A stretch of DNA of 64,000 bases from Dudresnaya verticillata (taxonomy: Eukaryota): the NCBI GenBank assembly GCA_977862235.1, contig OZ374557.1:1054001-1118000 (forward strand), given 5' to 3'. This document shows, piece by piece, positions 12,497 through 24,500 of this stretch; positions within the stretch are counted from its first letter, which is position 1, and each line of letters opens with the position of its first letter. The notes under the pieces were generated by a model. It was not told where the DNA came from. It did not search any database and worked only from the letters and a program-made list of their open reading frames with translations. A program made the translations under genes and the position numbers.

Positions 12497-13291
12497 TGAT
12501 GTATGGGTCAATGTACACCTCCACGTCTCGGTAGCCTGCTGTTGCTGAGACTTGCTGTGCGCAAAATTACCACACTGTACAGAAGACTGCAGTGCTGCAG
12601 TGAGGGAGTGCAGTGGTGCTGTGGAGCGCTGATCTGTAAGCCACCTCACATACTATACCGAGTACTGCAGTGCTACAGTGAGGGAGTGCAGTGCTGCTGT
12701 CGAGCGCTGCTCTATATCAAATTGTACAATTGAAGATTGCAGTGCTACAGGAAGACCGTTAAATGCCGTTGTGAAGATTTGGGCTACGCGGATCTGCATA
12801 TACCGTAGCCAGACGTACAGTGTTACAATGAGAGACTACAGTACTGTTGCTGGTATGCTTCGGGCGCCAAAATGGGCACAGTGTGTAACAATAAAGTGTT
12901 CTTACAGTTCCACTGCTAGCAAGTGGGAGTGCTGACGATAATGTGGAACATGCGGGCTGTTTATCAGTAACAGGACGCACGGGTTCCGTCAACTAAATGA
13001 TACATGAGCGATAACTGTGACATGGCACACAGGTGCAGTCACAGAATGGAGCGATATAGTGTTTTAGCACAGGTGTGGTATCGATTACGCCTTGCAGAAC
13101 AGCACTCGAAAATGTTTCTGTAAGAACTGTTCGCGATATATCGATACTCTAATGTTGTTACTGAAGTCTCGGAAATTGTTAACAACATATGCAGTATATA
13201 ACCATACTGCAACATCGTAGCCTAGTAAAATGAGTTAAGCGAGTTTCATTTCTCAAACTTTTACCTTCTTCAACTTCCAACCTCTCCATAA
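12497..13291 (+). repeat. Repeat family E, partial copy with internal CTGCAGTGCT-type tandem repeats
   Basis: Reverse complement of ~44068-44794. Both copies begin TGAYGTAT. Confidence 0.85.
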
Positions 13292-13292
13292 T

Positions 13293-14736
13293 CATCACCA
13301 GTTATGGGCCCAGAAGGTCGACGTACGCAGACTTCTCTGTTTCGCTCCCAGTCTTCTTCATTTAATTCTGGATATTTCTATTTCGTCCTGTACCGTCTGC
13401 TGTGTCCTGTCTCGTCTGATGTGCCCTGTCTAGTGTTCTGTGTCCTGTCTGCTGAAAGTGGTACTTACCTCCAAAAGCCCTTAATTGTCAGTAAAAGGGG
13501 TTCCTATCCCACTATTGAGTTTGTTTGTTGTGTTTGCCTTGCTCTTGAATTCAGTGTGACCATCGGTAGATCTGGGTAATACCAGGGATGGAGAGTTAGG
13601 AGACTTGAACCAAAGCTTATTTCGCTGACAAGCGGGCTCCCACTGGTTCTCTTCGGAGTTCAGATAACGGTGGTGCAACCCAGTTGCTGGTAGTACCGCG
13701 GGTGTTTTGAGTGGGCGGGGTGTCGTGGCGCATAACCCTGTTTTTGCCTGGGTATCTCGTGCCAATATAACATTCCTGCAAGAGGCTGGACCTGGTCGTG
13801 TGGTGAAACCTTGTTTCAAACTAGTAGCTATAGGGTGGAGGTCTCGTCAGGATGGCATTCGCTTGTGCCTGTGTGTGCACGACACGCGTTGGGCTGCTGA
13901 AGATGCATCTCACCCGGAGAGTGATAACCGGTGGGCAAGAGTTCGACTCCTAGGGGTGACTAGGTAGACCCCGGTGCCAGGAAATCCCGCGTCATAAGGA
14001 CATTCAACTATCAAGAATCAACGTTCAATTTCCAGTTTCATCTTAATTTTTTCCAGGTGATTCCCTCATCGCCTGAGAGTCTAATTACTCGGAGTGTGGG
14101 AGCTACTTGAAAAAGCTGCTCTACTCGTGACTGTTTGTTCTTCATCGAAGTGAATCACCTTTTCGTCATTCCCCCTTCGGGTGTGTTGCACTATTCGGAT
14201 TCACCTGCGATATCTCTGTGGACAATCAATTTTTTCTGCGCAAGTGTTATCCCAAACCTTCTTTTATTGAAAACCTTACAAAGTCGCCTCCACTACCGGT
14301 TTAAGCAGCCACGGCTGATACTGAGCCGAGTGCGATACTTCGAGCAGGTTAAAACCCCGCGTTTCCACGGCAAGAGAAGTGATGACTACGGAATCTGGCG
14401 CCATCGCCTTCATGCTGCAAGCCGAATCAAGGGTGTTTGGAATGTTTCCCACAGCCTCTCTGATCAATCCAATCGCTCAGAGTCTACTGGAAGTTCCTCG
14501 GCATACATAGCCATTCGTGAATCTAGTCTGCCGGTGAAGCGCGAGGAGGCCTTTGGGATCACTATTGCAACCCTTAATGATGCCCCGCTTCGCATTGTTA
14601 TGGAGGTCGATGATGACCCCAGGTGCCCGCTGGAGTTGCTAGACACCCGCCATGCCTCCAAGCTCACAGACTCGCGTATTGCAGTGCAGACCAAGCTGTT
14701 CTGTATGGGATATACTGGTCAGAATATGCCCAAGTA
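13293..14736 (+). mobile_element. gag: Copia A2: LTR 3' end, PBS, 5' UTR and gag N-terminus
   Basis: TCACCA followed by GTTATGGGCCCAG (13301-13313). Gag motif PRFHGKRSDDYGIWRHRLHAASRIKGVW. Confidence 0.88.
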
Positions 14737-17700
14737 GCTCCCACGCTTGGAGTAATAAAACGCTCAGGCGATGAGGGGATCACCTGGCCTGAAGAAGAAA
14801 AGTTGGAACTTGAATTTGAAAAGTTGCTTCTTGATAGCTGAACGTTATTTTGATGCAGGATGTTCTGGCACCGCGATCTGCCTAGTCACTCCTAAGAATC
14901 GGACTCCTGGCCCCCGGATATGATTCTCCGGGTGGAATGCGTCTTCCGCAGCCTAATGCGTGTCGTGTGCACGCAAGACACGAAGTATGCAATCCTTACC
15001 AGATGCTCATCCTTGAGGCTACTAGCAGAATATTTTTCACCTTCATAGACAGGTCCAATCTCTTGCAGGCATTCTAGTCGGTACACAAACGTTCTTTCTG
15101 TGTCCTAGTAGCTCCAAGGTTCCCGCCTTAACGACAGTCGCCGCGCACAAACAACCCGCAACCTTGGACCCAGACCCAGAAGTGCCAGCAGTGGAATGCA
15201 GTCTCTCGACAACTCTCACAGACACACAGTGGGATAGGTACCACGTTCACAGACACTCTCGGTCTTAGTGGGATAGGTAACACTTTCAACAGACAACAAG
15301 CAGACAGGACAGGACAGAAGACGGCAGGACAGGACAGAAGCCGGCAGGACAGGACACAAACAGACAGGACAGGACAGGACAGGACAGGACAGGACAGGAC
15401 AGGACAGGACAGGACAGGACAGGACAGGACAGGACAGGACAGGACAGGACAGGACAGGACAGGACAGGACAGGACAGGACAGGACAGGACAGGACAGGAC
15501 AGGACAGGACAAAAGCAGACAAGACAGGCCAGGACAGGATAGAACAGTATCAAGAATGAAAATAGAAACGAAGAGGGTTGCAGCGAAGCGATGAAGTCTG
15601 CGTAGGGTGCCATCTGGAGTGCCTGATCCGTGACGTGAGGCGCCAGCGACCATGTCCTCAACACTCCTCCTCGATTCGTCCTCCAATTCCAACCCTGGGT
15701 AGAATTATATTGAGACGATGGACCCGAGTGGCTTCGTGAGTGTTGTCTTCTGACGGCATATGCACCACTTGGAGTACAGAGCCGGCGAAAAGTTCTCGAA
15801 TGAATTCTACGTGAACATCGACGTGCTTGGCCCGAGCAGTTGGACAGCGTTCTCCAGTAGACCCATTGATGGCAGACTAGTTGTCTGATCTCAATGGAAC
15901 GGGGCCTTTGACCTCCAATTCGGGCTGCTTCAACACTCGTGCGTACGAAACAGTCTCTGTCGAAGCCAGAGTCATTGCAAGTACTCTGGCAGGTCGATAG
16001 ACCAACAGGTGATTGCTTCTTGGATCCCAAAATACACCCTGCATCTCTCCGTTTCACCATATAACCAGACATATATTTTAGGTGGTGTTCCCGGCATAGT
16101 CAGTGTCCACATAACATTGGATACGATTGCTTCAGCACTGGCACGTAACGACATGTTTGCAGGTGCCTCGGAGATATCGCAGACCCTTCTTTGCACCACG
16201 GTGACAGTTCACCGTTGGAGCCTTCTGAAACCGTGCGAGGATGACCACGGAGGCCAGGATGTCCAGCCTTGTGCGAAGTCCCAAATACAGAAGTGGCCCG
16301 ATCATCTACTGGTACCTCTCAACCGACAGGGCAGGCTTGTAGTCTTCGGCTTCAAGTCCAGTGAGGAACGAATCAACCATTGGTGTGCACTCAGCTTCGA
16401 GTTCTGAAGTCCAAATCGATGAAAACGACTTTCCGTGTACACCTTTTGAGTCATCCTGCGGAACAAAAATCTTCTATCAGAGTCTAGCTCCCGTCCAAGC
16501 TCGACTACGAGGAATATTTCAACCCCTTCAGACAGCCGTACATCGTAAAGGCCTGCAACGCCTTCACAATGGCGTCTCTCTCCGCCTTTCTGGGAGGTAT
16601 AATGAGCAAGTCATCAACATACACCAAGATGTATGCATATCCGGAAGACTTGGATTTGCGACGGAACACGCACAGCGTACTCGGCAATTCCTCAAACATC
16701 ATCCTAGCAAGGTCACCACACAGCTTAGTGTGCCAAGCTAGGTGAGCCTGCTTTAGCCCATAAATAAGCCTTCAGAGGTTTGTAACAGAGATATTCCCTT
16801 CCAGGAATCCCACGTAGTGACATTATCCGCACGTTTTCTCCCAGATCACTATTTAGGAAAGCCTTCTTCACGTCTACCTATGCGACAACCGGTTCAAACA
16901 CAGAAAAAGTGTAGGAACATGCGAACCAGCGAGAACGACACGATTGGGGTATAAATTTCCATATAGTCTTCAGCATACGTCTGGAAGTTTCTACCATCCA
17001 CAACCCGCTCTTTGAAGTACTCGACAGTCCCATCGGACTTGAGTTTCACTTTCAACACGGCATGCGTTGGAAGCAGCTGTACTCCGGGACTATCCTATCA
17101 TCATATACCTACGTACCTTTGGATTCCAAGGACGCGAACTAATCATCGACGGCAGATTGCCACAAATCGCACTCCTCCGGAGTGGCGGACATGGCCTCTC
17201 CAAAAGTGGGCTCATCGCCCGTTGTGATGGCAATGTGTTGTGTAGCTTGTGTAGAGCTTGCCATCAACCCTTTCGACATCTGACGACGTTGGCGACGAGG
17301 ATATCGACTCTGCTGCTGGGGTTCTGGATCTGACCTCACACTGACCGGAGGATTATCAGAGTCGTTTTATTCCTCAGCGGTACCATCAGATTCGAATGAA
17401 CTGGAATCTGATGGAAGTAATGGAGCTGAAGAAGGTGTGTCAACTTTAATCGCATCCTCTTCATCCGCACAGTTTCCCAGCGATACATCGCCTTCAGAGT
17501 CCAAGTTGCAAATAAAGGCATCTGAGTTAGACTCCTAATCTTCATCTAAATCTGCCTCGTCCTGTCAATATTCCACCAAACTTAAAACACTTGGGAACTT
17601 GGACTCGTCGAATGTAACATGGCGCGACTCAACCACACGAAGTATACCGTCATCGTCAGTGACCAATATCCTGTAGATCCCATTCTCCGGAGTCTCCAAA

Positions 17701-18432
17701 TGCACCCCCTCAAGTGCACGATACTCGACCTTGGATCCGTGTGGGAGCTTTAGGACATATGCAGCACATCCAAACACTCTGAAATGTTTTAAATCAGGAA
17801 CATTACCTGTCATGACCGAGTATGGCGTAGCCCCAACAGTTTAGTGTGGTACCCAATTGCGCACACAGTTTACGTGCTTCAGTGCAAACGGCCACAAACA
17901 TCTCGGTGAATCGACCTGTATCAACAGAGTCAGGGCAGCTTCCACCATGGTTCGGTTCACCCTTTCCGCGATTCCATTGAGCTCGGAGTATAAGTTGGGG
18001 AAAAGGATTTACCACTGTGTCCAACTCCTTCCCAATCTTTCTGCAAAGCCAAATACTCCTGAGCCCCGTCGCAGTGGATTTTGGATATTTTTGCTCCTCC
18101 AAGCTCGATAAACGTTGCTGAATCTTGATCAAAGGCCGCTGTCAATATGCTGCCACTTCGCATACATGCGCCGACCAAGAAACGGGATGTATCATCTAGA
18201 AACGTCGTGGCATAGTGGAAACGATCGGGGAAAGATCTGGATTGGACCAAAAATGTCCGGATGAACGAGATCACCGACTGCTTTGGTCGGGCGGAAGTGT
18301 CCTGGGAATGATTGTTTGTGTCTGCAAGCCCGACATACTTCATGAGTGGAGCCCAACTCCGGAACACCTTCAATGTGCTCTTGGATCTGTAAGTCCCGAA
18401 AATTGCTATGGGCAAGACGTCGATGCCATAGT
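14731..18432 (-). mobile_element. pol: Copia A3: integrase-RT-RNaseH relic, PPT, truncated LTR (15663-15604), then the 5' UTR of a following copy
   Basis: LWHRRLAH, FRVFGCAAY, ILVYVDDLL, RAKHVDVHV motifs on minus. GAGGAGGAG PPT then TGTTGAGGAC. 15603-14731 matches the A2 UTR. Confidence 0.9.
15303..15540. repeat. (AGGAC)n pentanucleotide microsatellite
   Basis: 29 perfect units at 15366-15510 with degenerate flanks. Confidence 0.98.
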
Positions 18433-18433
18433 T

Positions 18434-19065
18434 TTTTGGAGAGGTAGTCGGAGCGACCAGGGGAGGAGAGCAGCAGAGAGCTGAGCGGAGAGGGAGAGGA
18501 ATATAGTTGTCTGAGTTTACTCCAAACGTGAGGGGAGAAGCGGTTTAAGTATACATTGAGTCCCGGAGTTGGTTGAACCCCAAGGTGTGCTTGACGTCAG
18601 CGTCCATGCGCAAACCTAAGAGACGTCGGCAACCATGCGCAAACCTAAGTGGCGACGGAGACGGTGGAAAAACCAAGGTCACGAAGGCGACGCTGCGCAA
18701 CCCTAACCTAACTGACAACGGCGGTGGTGCGTAAACCTAAATGACGACGGCGACTTCGCACAACCCTAAACCTAAGTGACAACGTCGACGGTTCGTAAAC
18801 ATAAGTGACGACAGTGATGGTGCACAAACGTAAACCTAAGTGAGGACGGTGCCGGTGCGTAAACCTACGTGACGACGGCGACGGTGTGTCAGTGATTTCA
18901 ACTGAATCAGGATCTGAGCTAGTTGTACACCGTGCAACTCCGTAAAGGACAAACAGCGGTGCAAGCATAACGGAACTTTGGAGGAGTCAAGTGGGGACAC
19001 CCTAAATGCCTACTCACACTAATTACAGTAAAAATTAAAACTTTTAGGTATCGCTTGATCTAACA
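18434..19065 (-). repeat. Copia B1 3' LTR with internal ~29-bp minisatellite
   Basis: Minus strand GAGGGGGAG PPT then TGTTAGA. Homologous to 49455-50000. Confidence 0.9.
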
Positions 19066-21522
19066 CTCCCCCTCGAACTACGACTCAAGGATAGAACTAG
19101 GAATCAGAGAGAAAACTAGAAGACAGCCTAACATAGAGCCATGAGAGCGCGGAACGTCTCACACAGAACGCGCAGAAGGGAATTGGTCAAGACGTCGGCA
19201 ACTTGGTCTGACAATTGAACAATAGGAGAGAGCAACCGACTTGCAGGAGACAGCATCACAAAACAGTGATAGCGGATGTCGATATTATTGTTACGTGCGT
19301 TAATTGACATGTTCGAAGTCAAACAGATGGATCCCTGGGTGTCCATAAGGAGGGTGATTGGAGTTGGGGGCTCCGAACCGACCATTATAGAGAAGAGGTT
19401 GGGCAACCAGGTAGCTTCTTTGGCTGCAGAACAGCAAGAGATGTACTCTGCTTCACAATAAGATAGGATTAGAAGGCTCTGTTTCTTTGAACGCCAGGAG
19501 ATGTCACCCCCTGTCATCTTGAACGCAAAGGCCTCGGTTGATCTGCGTGATTCAGCGCATCCTGCCCAATCTGGGTCACAGAAGCCAGTAATGGCCATTT
19601 CTGCGGACGATCCGTACTGGATGCCCAGGTTTGATGTGCCTTTAACGTAGCGATTGAGAGCCTTCCAGAGAGACTTGAAAGGCTTCTCACGGTACTGGGA
19701 GAGCCTACCGACGGCGAATCCGAGATCCGGGAAAATGCAGATCATGACGTACATGAGGCTGCCGAGGGCCTAGCGGTACGGGATAGTCTCGGAAATGGGA
19801 CCATTTTCACCGGAGGGCAATGTGGAGCCGGTTGTTTTCATGGAACAGTTCATGGGCTTTGCGTCAGACATCTAAAAATGGTCCAGAATGTTTGCAACAG
19901 AGGCTTCCTGGCTTCCCGGGAGAGCAGCAGAGTTCGCACTTTGCGATTACGGGTACCTTGAATCCCAAACAATGCTTGCCCTGCTCCAAGGTCCTTCATT
20001 CTTAAGTGCCCTATGAGCTCTCTTTTCACGCGATTGAGGGCCTTCGAGTTGTTGCCAGCAATACTAAGTCATCCACATAGAGTACAATGAGCAGGAGAAT
20101 ATTACCTTCACGGAAGACATACAAACAGCGCTCATATCCACTGCTCGCAAATGTAAGCACACAGGTAAGGACCCTGCGGATTTTTGCGCACCACTGTCTC
20201 GGTACTTGCTTCAATCCATATAATGCTTTGAGTAAGCGGTAAACGAAATTCGGGAGATTCACGTCGCGGAAGCCAGCGGGCACCTTCATGAAAATTTCCT
20301 CACCTAAGTCCCCGTTTAGGAAGGCCGTGACGACATACATCTGATCGCAGTCGAGATATAGGAAATTTACGAAGCATAAGAAGAGTCCCGCAATGGCTAG
20401 AGATACAACAGGTGCATAATTCTCCTGATATTCGAACCCAGGGAGCTGTCGGATTCCCTTGGGGACGATGCGTACTTCGGGACCCACGTTCGTTTTGACG
20501 CGAAAACATAGCGGCACGGGATAACGTGCATTCATGGCTTGCGTTCAACCAACGCAAAGGTGTTGTTGCCACGGATAGAGTCCTTCTTCTTCTTGATTCC
20601 GGTTCCACAGAAGCCCTTGTGGTGAGGTGACATGGCTTGGACATACGAGTTAGAGATCTCTGTAGCCATGAGGGAGACATCAGGGTCAGGTTCAGCAGTA
20701 GAGAAGGAGGACAGGTTTGTCATCCACCATTTGCTGGGCTTTTTGGTGAGCCGGGAGTAGCGTCGAGGAGGTGGAGGGGCATCATTGGTGACATTGTTAT
20801 CCTCTTCCTCGGCGTCATCGGATATGTCGACATGGCCGGGGGACGGGCATGGTGGGGACCGAGTCATCCGAGATGGAGATGGGGGCATAACTGTTGCCTC
20901 CTGAGGGTTCTGAAACAGGAGGGGAAGGATCCAAAATGGGTCCCGTGAGTTCAGAGGTGGGTTCTCTAGGTAGACGAATGGCGTTTGCGGTTGAGTCGGA
21001 AACACCGATGGGTCTTCCGGTACAGTGTTGTCGTTCTCGGAAGTCTTGGCTTGCCTTGGGATATAACATCGATGCCCAACTCGTTGAAAGTGAGGTCCCT
21101 TGGAACGACCAACTGGCTTGCAGCCGTATCCCATAACTTGTAACCTTTGCTCTGTGACGAATATCCCATCATCAGCACAGTTCGGGAACGAGCGTCCAGC
21201 TTTTTGACACGAAGTATGGGAACCCAAAACTAACATTTGGCACCAAACACGCGCAAATGTGAGACTTCGGAAGCCTTTCAATGCCATAAATGGTGTGGAG
21301 TGACGTCTGGGGACAGTGTGCCGGAGGTAACACGGTTACGCACATACAGAGCAGTGACCGAGCTTTAGCCCAAAAGTGTTTGGGGAGCTATTTGTCGTGC
21401 AGCATGGATCGCACTAAGTCGAGGAGGGTTCGGTTCATGCGGTCTGCCACCTCATTTTGTTGGGAAGTATATGCCACCGTGAGTTGATGCTGGATTCCTT
21501 GGTCTACCAGAAATGTTTTAAA
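19066..21522 (-). pseudogene. pol: Copia B1 pol relic (integrase C-half, RT, RNaseH)
   Basis: ADRMNRTLLDLVRSML, YAPVVS, TAFLNGDLGEEIFM, LLKALYGLKQ, LYVDDL, DPDWAG, CEAEYI, QVADVLT. Confidence 0.93.
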
Positions 21523-24500
21523 TGTTGCGGGCATGGTCGCTGGCGCCTCACGTCACGCGCCAGGCACAGCAGAGGGCATTCTGACACGCTGTCACTGTAG
21601 TATGTCTGTCAGCACACCATCAGAAGCGGCTGTAAGGTATATTGAGCGAGGGCAAAGGCCGCAGAGGGCTATATTGTAGATGAGATTGGGCTGGAGTGGT
21701 AATCGGTCAAGCGATGTCGCTAGTACTTGTCGTTCCAGAGATAGAAGCAGGTGTCGAGGAGGAGCAAATGGGGCCGGATGGTATGCATGGGGATCGGAGT
21801 TTCCGAGCCCTTGTTCCGTTTCACACGTGACGAAGAAGATTTCTGGCATATTCCTTTTTGGTCTGAACAGCCGCTCCCGTCGCGTTTTCTTGTGGTTGCA
21901 TAAAGACCGAGGTACACCTGCATTCGCCAACCGTGACGGTGGATGCCTTTGTACGCATTTCGCGATCTGGGCGCACTTACGGTTCCTCAGAAATGTTCCC
22001 AGAGCCCAACAGCCGAAGCCAACCGCTCTGGCTGACTTAGTGTGACACTGTGTACCTTGGACAGCTGGCGTGGAATTTATTTCACGGTTACCTTTCGGAG
22101 TGATCCTACATCTGTACCAGCGAGGCGCCGCCGGGGAATCTAAAACGACCTCGACCCCTGGGGCGCTCGAGGGAACAAATAGAGAAGGACCGAGGGAGCT
22201 CCGCCCACTCCCTCGAGGGCACCGAGTTGTTACCCTGTCTATTTCGGCAACCGAGCTTGTCTTTAACTCGAGACAACCCCCCATTTTAACTTCCTTCGCC
22301 ATTCGTCGCGCCCTCCCTACGCTGCGCTGTGCCGACATTATCGGCTACTAACCGTATTACTGCCGCTCTCTGCCGTCATGTGGCTCACAGTTATGGGCCC
22401 GGGAAGGGACATGCCGAAGAGAAAGAGTCTCGTCGATCCGCCAAGGTTCTCGTCTGAAGGCGAGCTTCAGCTTGGCGTAAACGTGTTGGCAAATGGGCTG
22501 ATCTCATTAAGTTAGCCCATGACACAGGAAACGATCGTACCTTCCACACGACCTTCAAAATACTCGGTCTTACACTCTACGAGAGAGGGCTACCGTCTGA
22601 GCAGCAGTCCATTGTGGATGAGTCTCAATCTAAGGGTCTCATCGACTACATGCAGACCCAAGATCGAGTCAAATCTGTTCACGACATCGTGAAGGTCGCT
22701 GCCGCGGACCCTCCTATTTGCATGGTTACCCGCTTGATCACGTCTTTTAACAAGTTCACTACTTGCCGTCGTCGTAAGGAGGAGGAGGTTACCATTTTTG
22801 CATCTCGATTCCGTGGATTGGCCGCCGATCGTCTCCAGTATGCTCGGGGCTCTAAATCTTCCCAAATTGGTGAGGTATTGGCCATAACGCTCCTGAACAA
22901 TTGCACCTGGATGAAACTATTCTTACGAATGCTAAGATACAGCTGATATCGCATGCCGAGTCTCGATCCAAGGAAGATGAAGGTAATAAGACCGCTGAAA
23001 TCCTAAAGAAGTTCTTCGATGACATACGTGAAGCAGTTAACCCGTTCAACGACCACGAGGAAAGTGAACTTTCCCGTGATAAGACGGACGAGTACAGGGC
23101 CTTCCTTAAGACGCTTCTTATTATGTGCCTTGCAATAGCTCGGAACCTATCTGCATCGCTTGCAGCCCTCCCGGATGCGCAGATAGCTACTCACTCAGTT
23201 TCGGAATTATTCATGTCCGTCTAAAAGAGTTGCAAAATCCATCATGATGATGCTGTATCTGTCCTCTGAAACATTACCCAATCGGTCGGTTCATCAAGCA
23301 CTCGACATTCACCCGCAAGCAGGTTCAGGTTATGGTGGACAAAACGTTCACCAAGACCTTCTCACATCTCAAGTAGAGGACAAGCCAGGTCGTAACAAGT
23401 CTGGTGGATCGTTCCAAGCGCCAGGATCCGGTAACAAGAAAAAAGGTGGTTCTTCAAACAATAAAGGAAATCGGGTCGTGGTACCAAGCGAGGTAACTTC
23501 GTTTGCTACGACTGTGAAATGGAAAATTACCACTATCGTGGTCATGATTCTTGCCTGGAACCTACGCCTTACACGAAGAAGAAGAAAGACAAGCATAATG
23601 CTGCTGAAGATTGTGGTGTAGTGCAAACGCACGCATTTCCATAGTGGGCAGCTGGCCTTACTTTCCTTCACGAGACGAGAGCGACGCTACCTCCACGGGG
23701 TGGTAGAGCAGTTCGCACCGACAGGGAGAACAGCGAGTGGCTAACCGAAACGGATATTGGGAAGCAACAGACAAGGGGGTGGTACAAGTGCCGGGACGGA
23801 TACCATAACGGTGGTGGTGGTAGCCCGCAACGGGCTCGGCGCGAGGAAAACCGTACAGGAAAGGGCTACAGTGGGATTGAGGCTCAAGAGTTTCTTGCCC
23901 GTTTACCTTAGGATCCGCTGCGATGCCGCCCTGATATACAAATCAGGGTGCCACCGAGCGGTCCGGTCCGTGTGGGTCAGACCCTAAGGGTCCGCACCCG
24001 TGGTGGAATCGGCCCTGCTGGTCCCAATCTCCGACACGGACATGCGCAGCATTCTCATTGGCTGGAGCAATACTCTACACACTGTACAGATACTCACGAA
24101 AATTAAAGAATAAATACTACAAATACTCCGCTACGGCTGGTGCGCTCCACTTACGGCACAGCAATGCGTACCAGCGCATAGTAATGCGCACAACACCAAC
24201 ACGGTTCCACGTTGCCCGATCATCAGGTGGCGTATTTCCACATCACCCGTTACGGTTGGCTTGCCGTCGGCGCACCGCAGGCGCGCCACGGGTCACTTCA
24301 CCATAAAAACCCGAAGAAAGACAAAACAGAGCCGAACCCTAAATTTTTTCGGAACGGCTCCGGTTCCAGCGGAAACAACAAAGCTTGATTGCTGGTCGCG
24401 GAGCCAAGTCCGAAGTCCTCCACCGGGAAAATGATCTAATCGCGATCATCGACCCGGGTTGCCCCAAGAGTATTGGGGAATCGAGTCTGCTCGAGCACTT

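Noticed and set aside
15128..16072. Long ORFs with (VLSCP)n repeats
   Set aside because: They are translations of the AGGAC microsatellite, open in all three minus frames, and not a protein.
18590..18890. CRISPR-like periodicity
   Set aside because: Degenerate tandem units without unique spacers, inside an LTR, with no cas genes.
21592..22338. 248-aa minus-strand ORF
   Set aside because: No recognisable motif; lies within LTR-like non-coding sequence.
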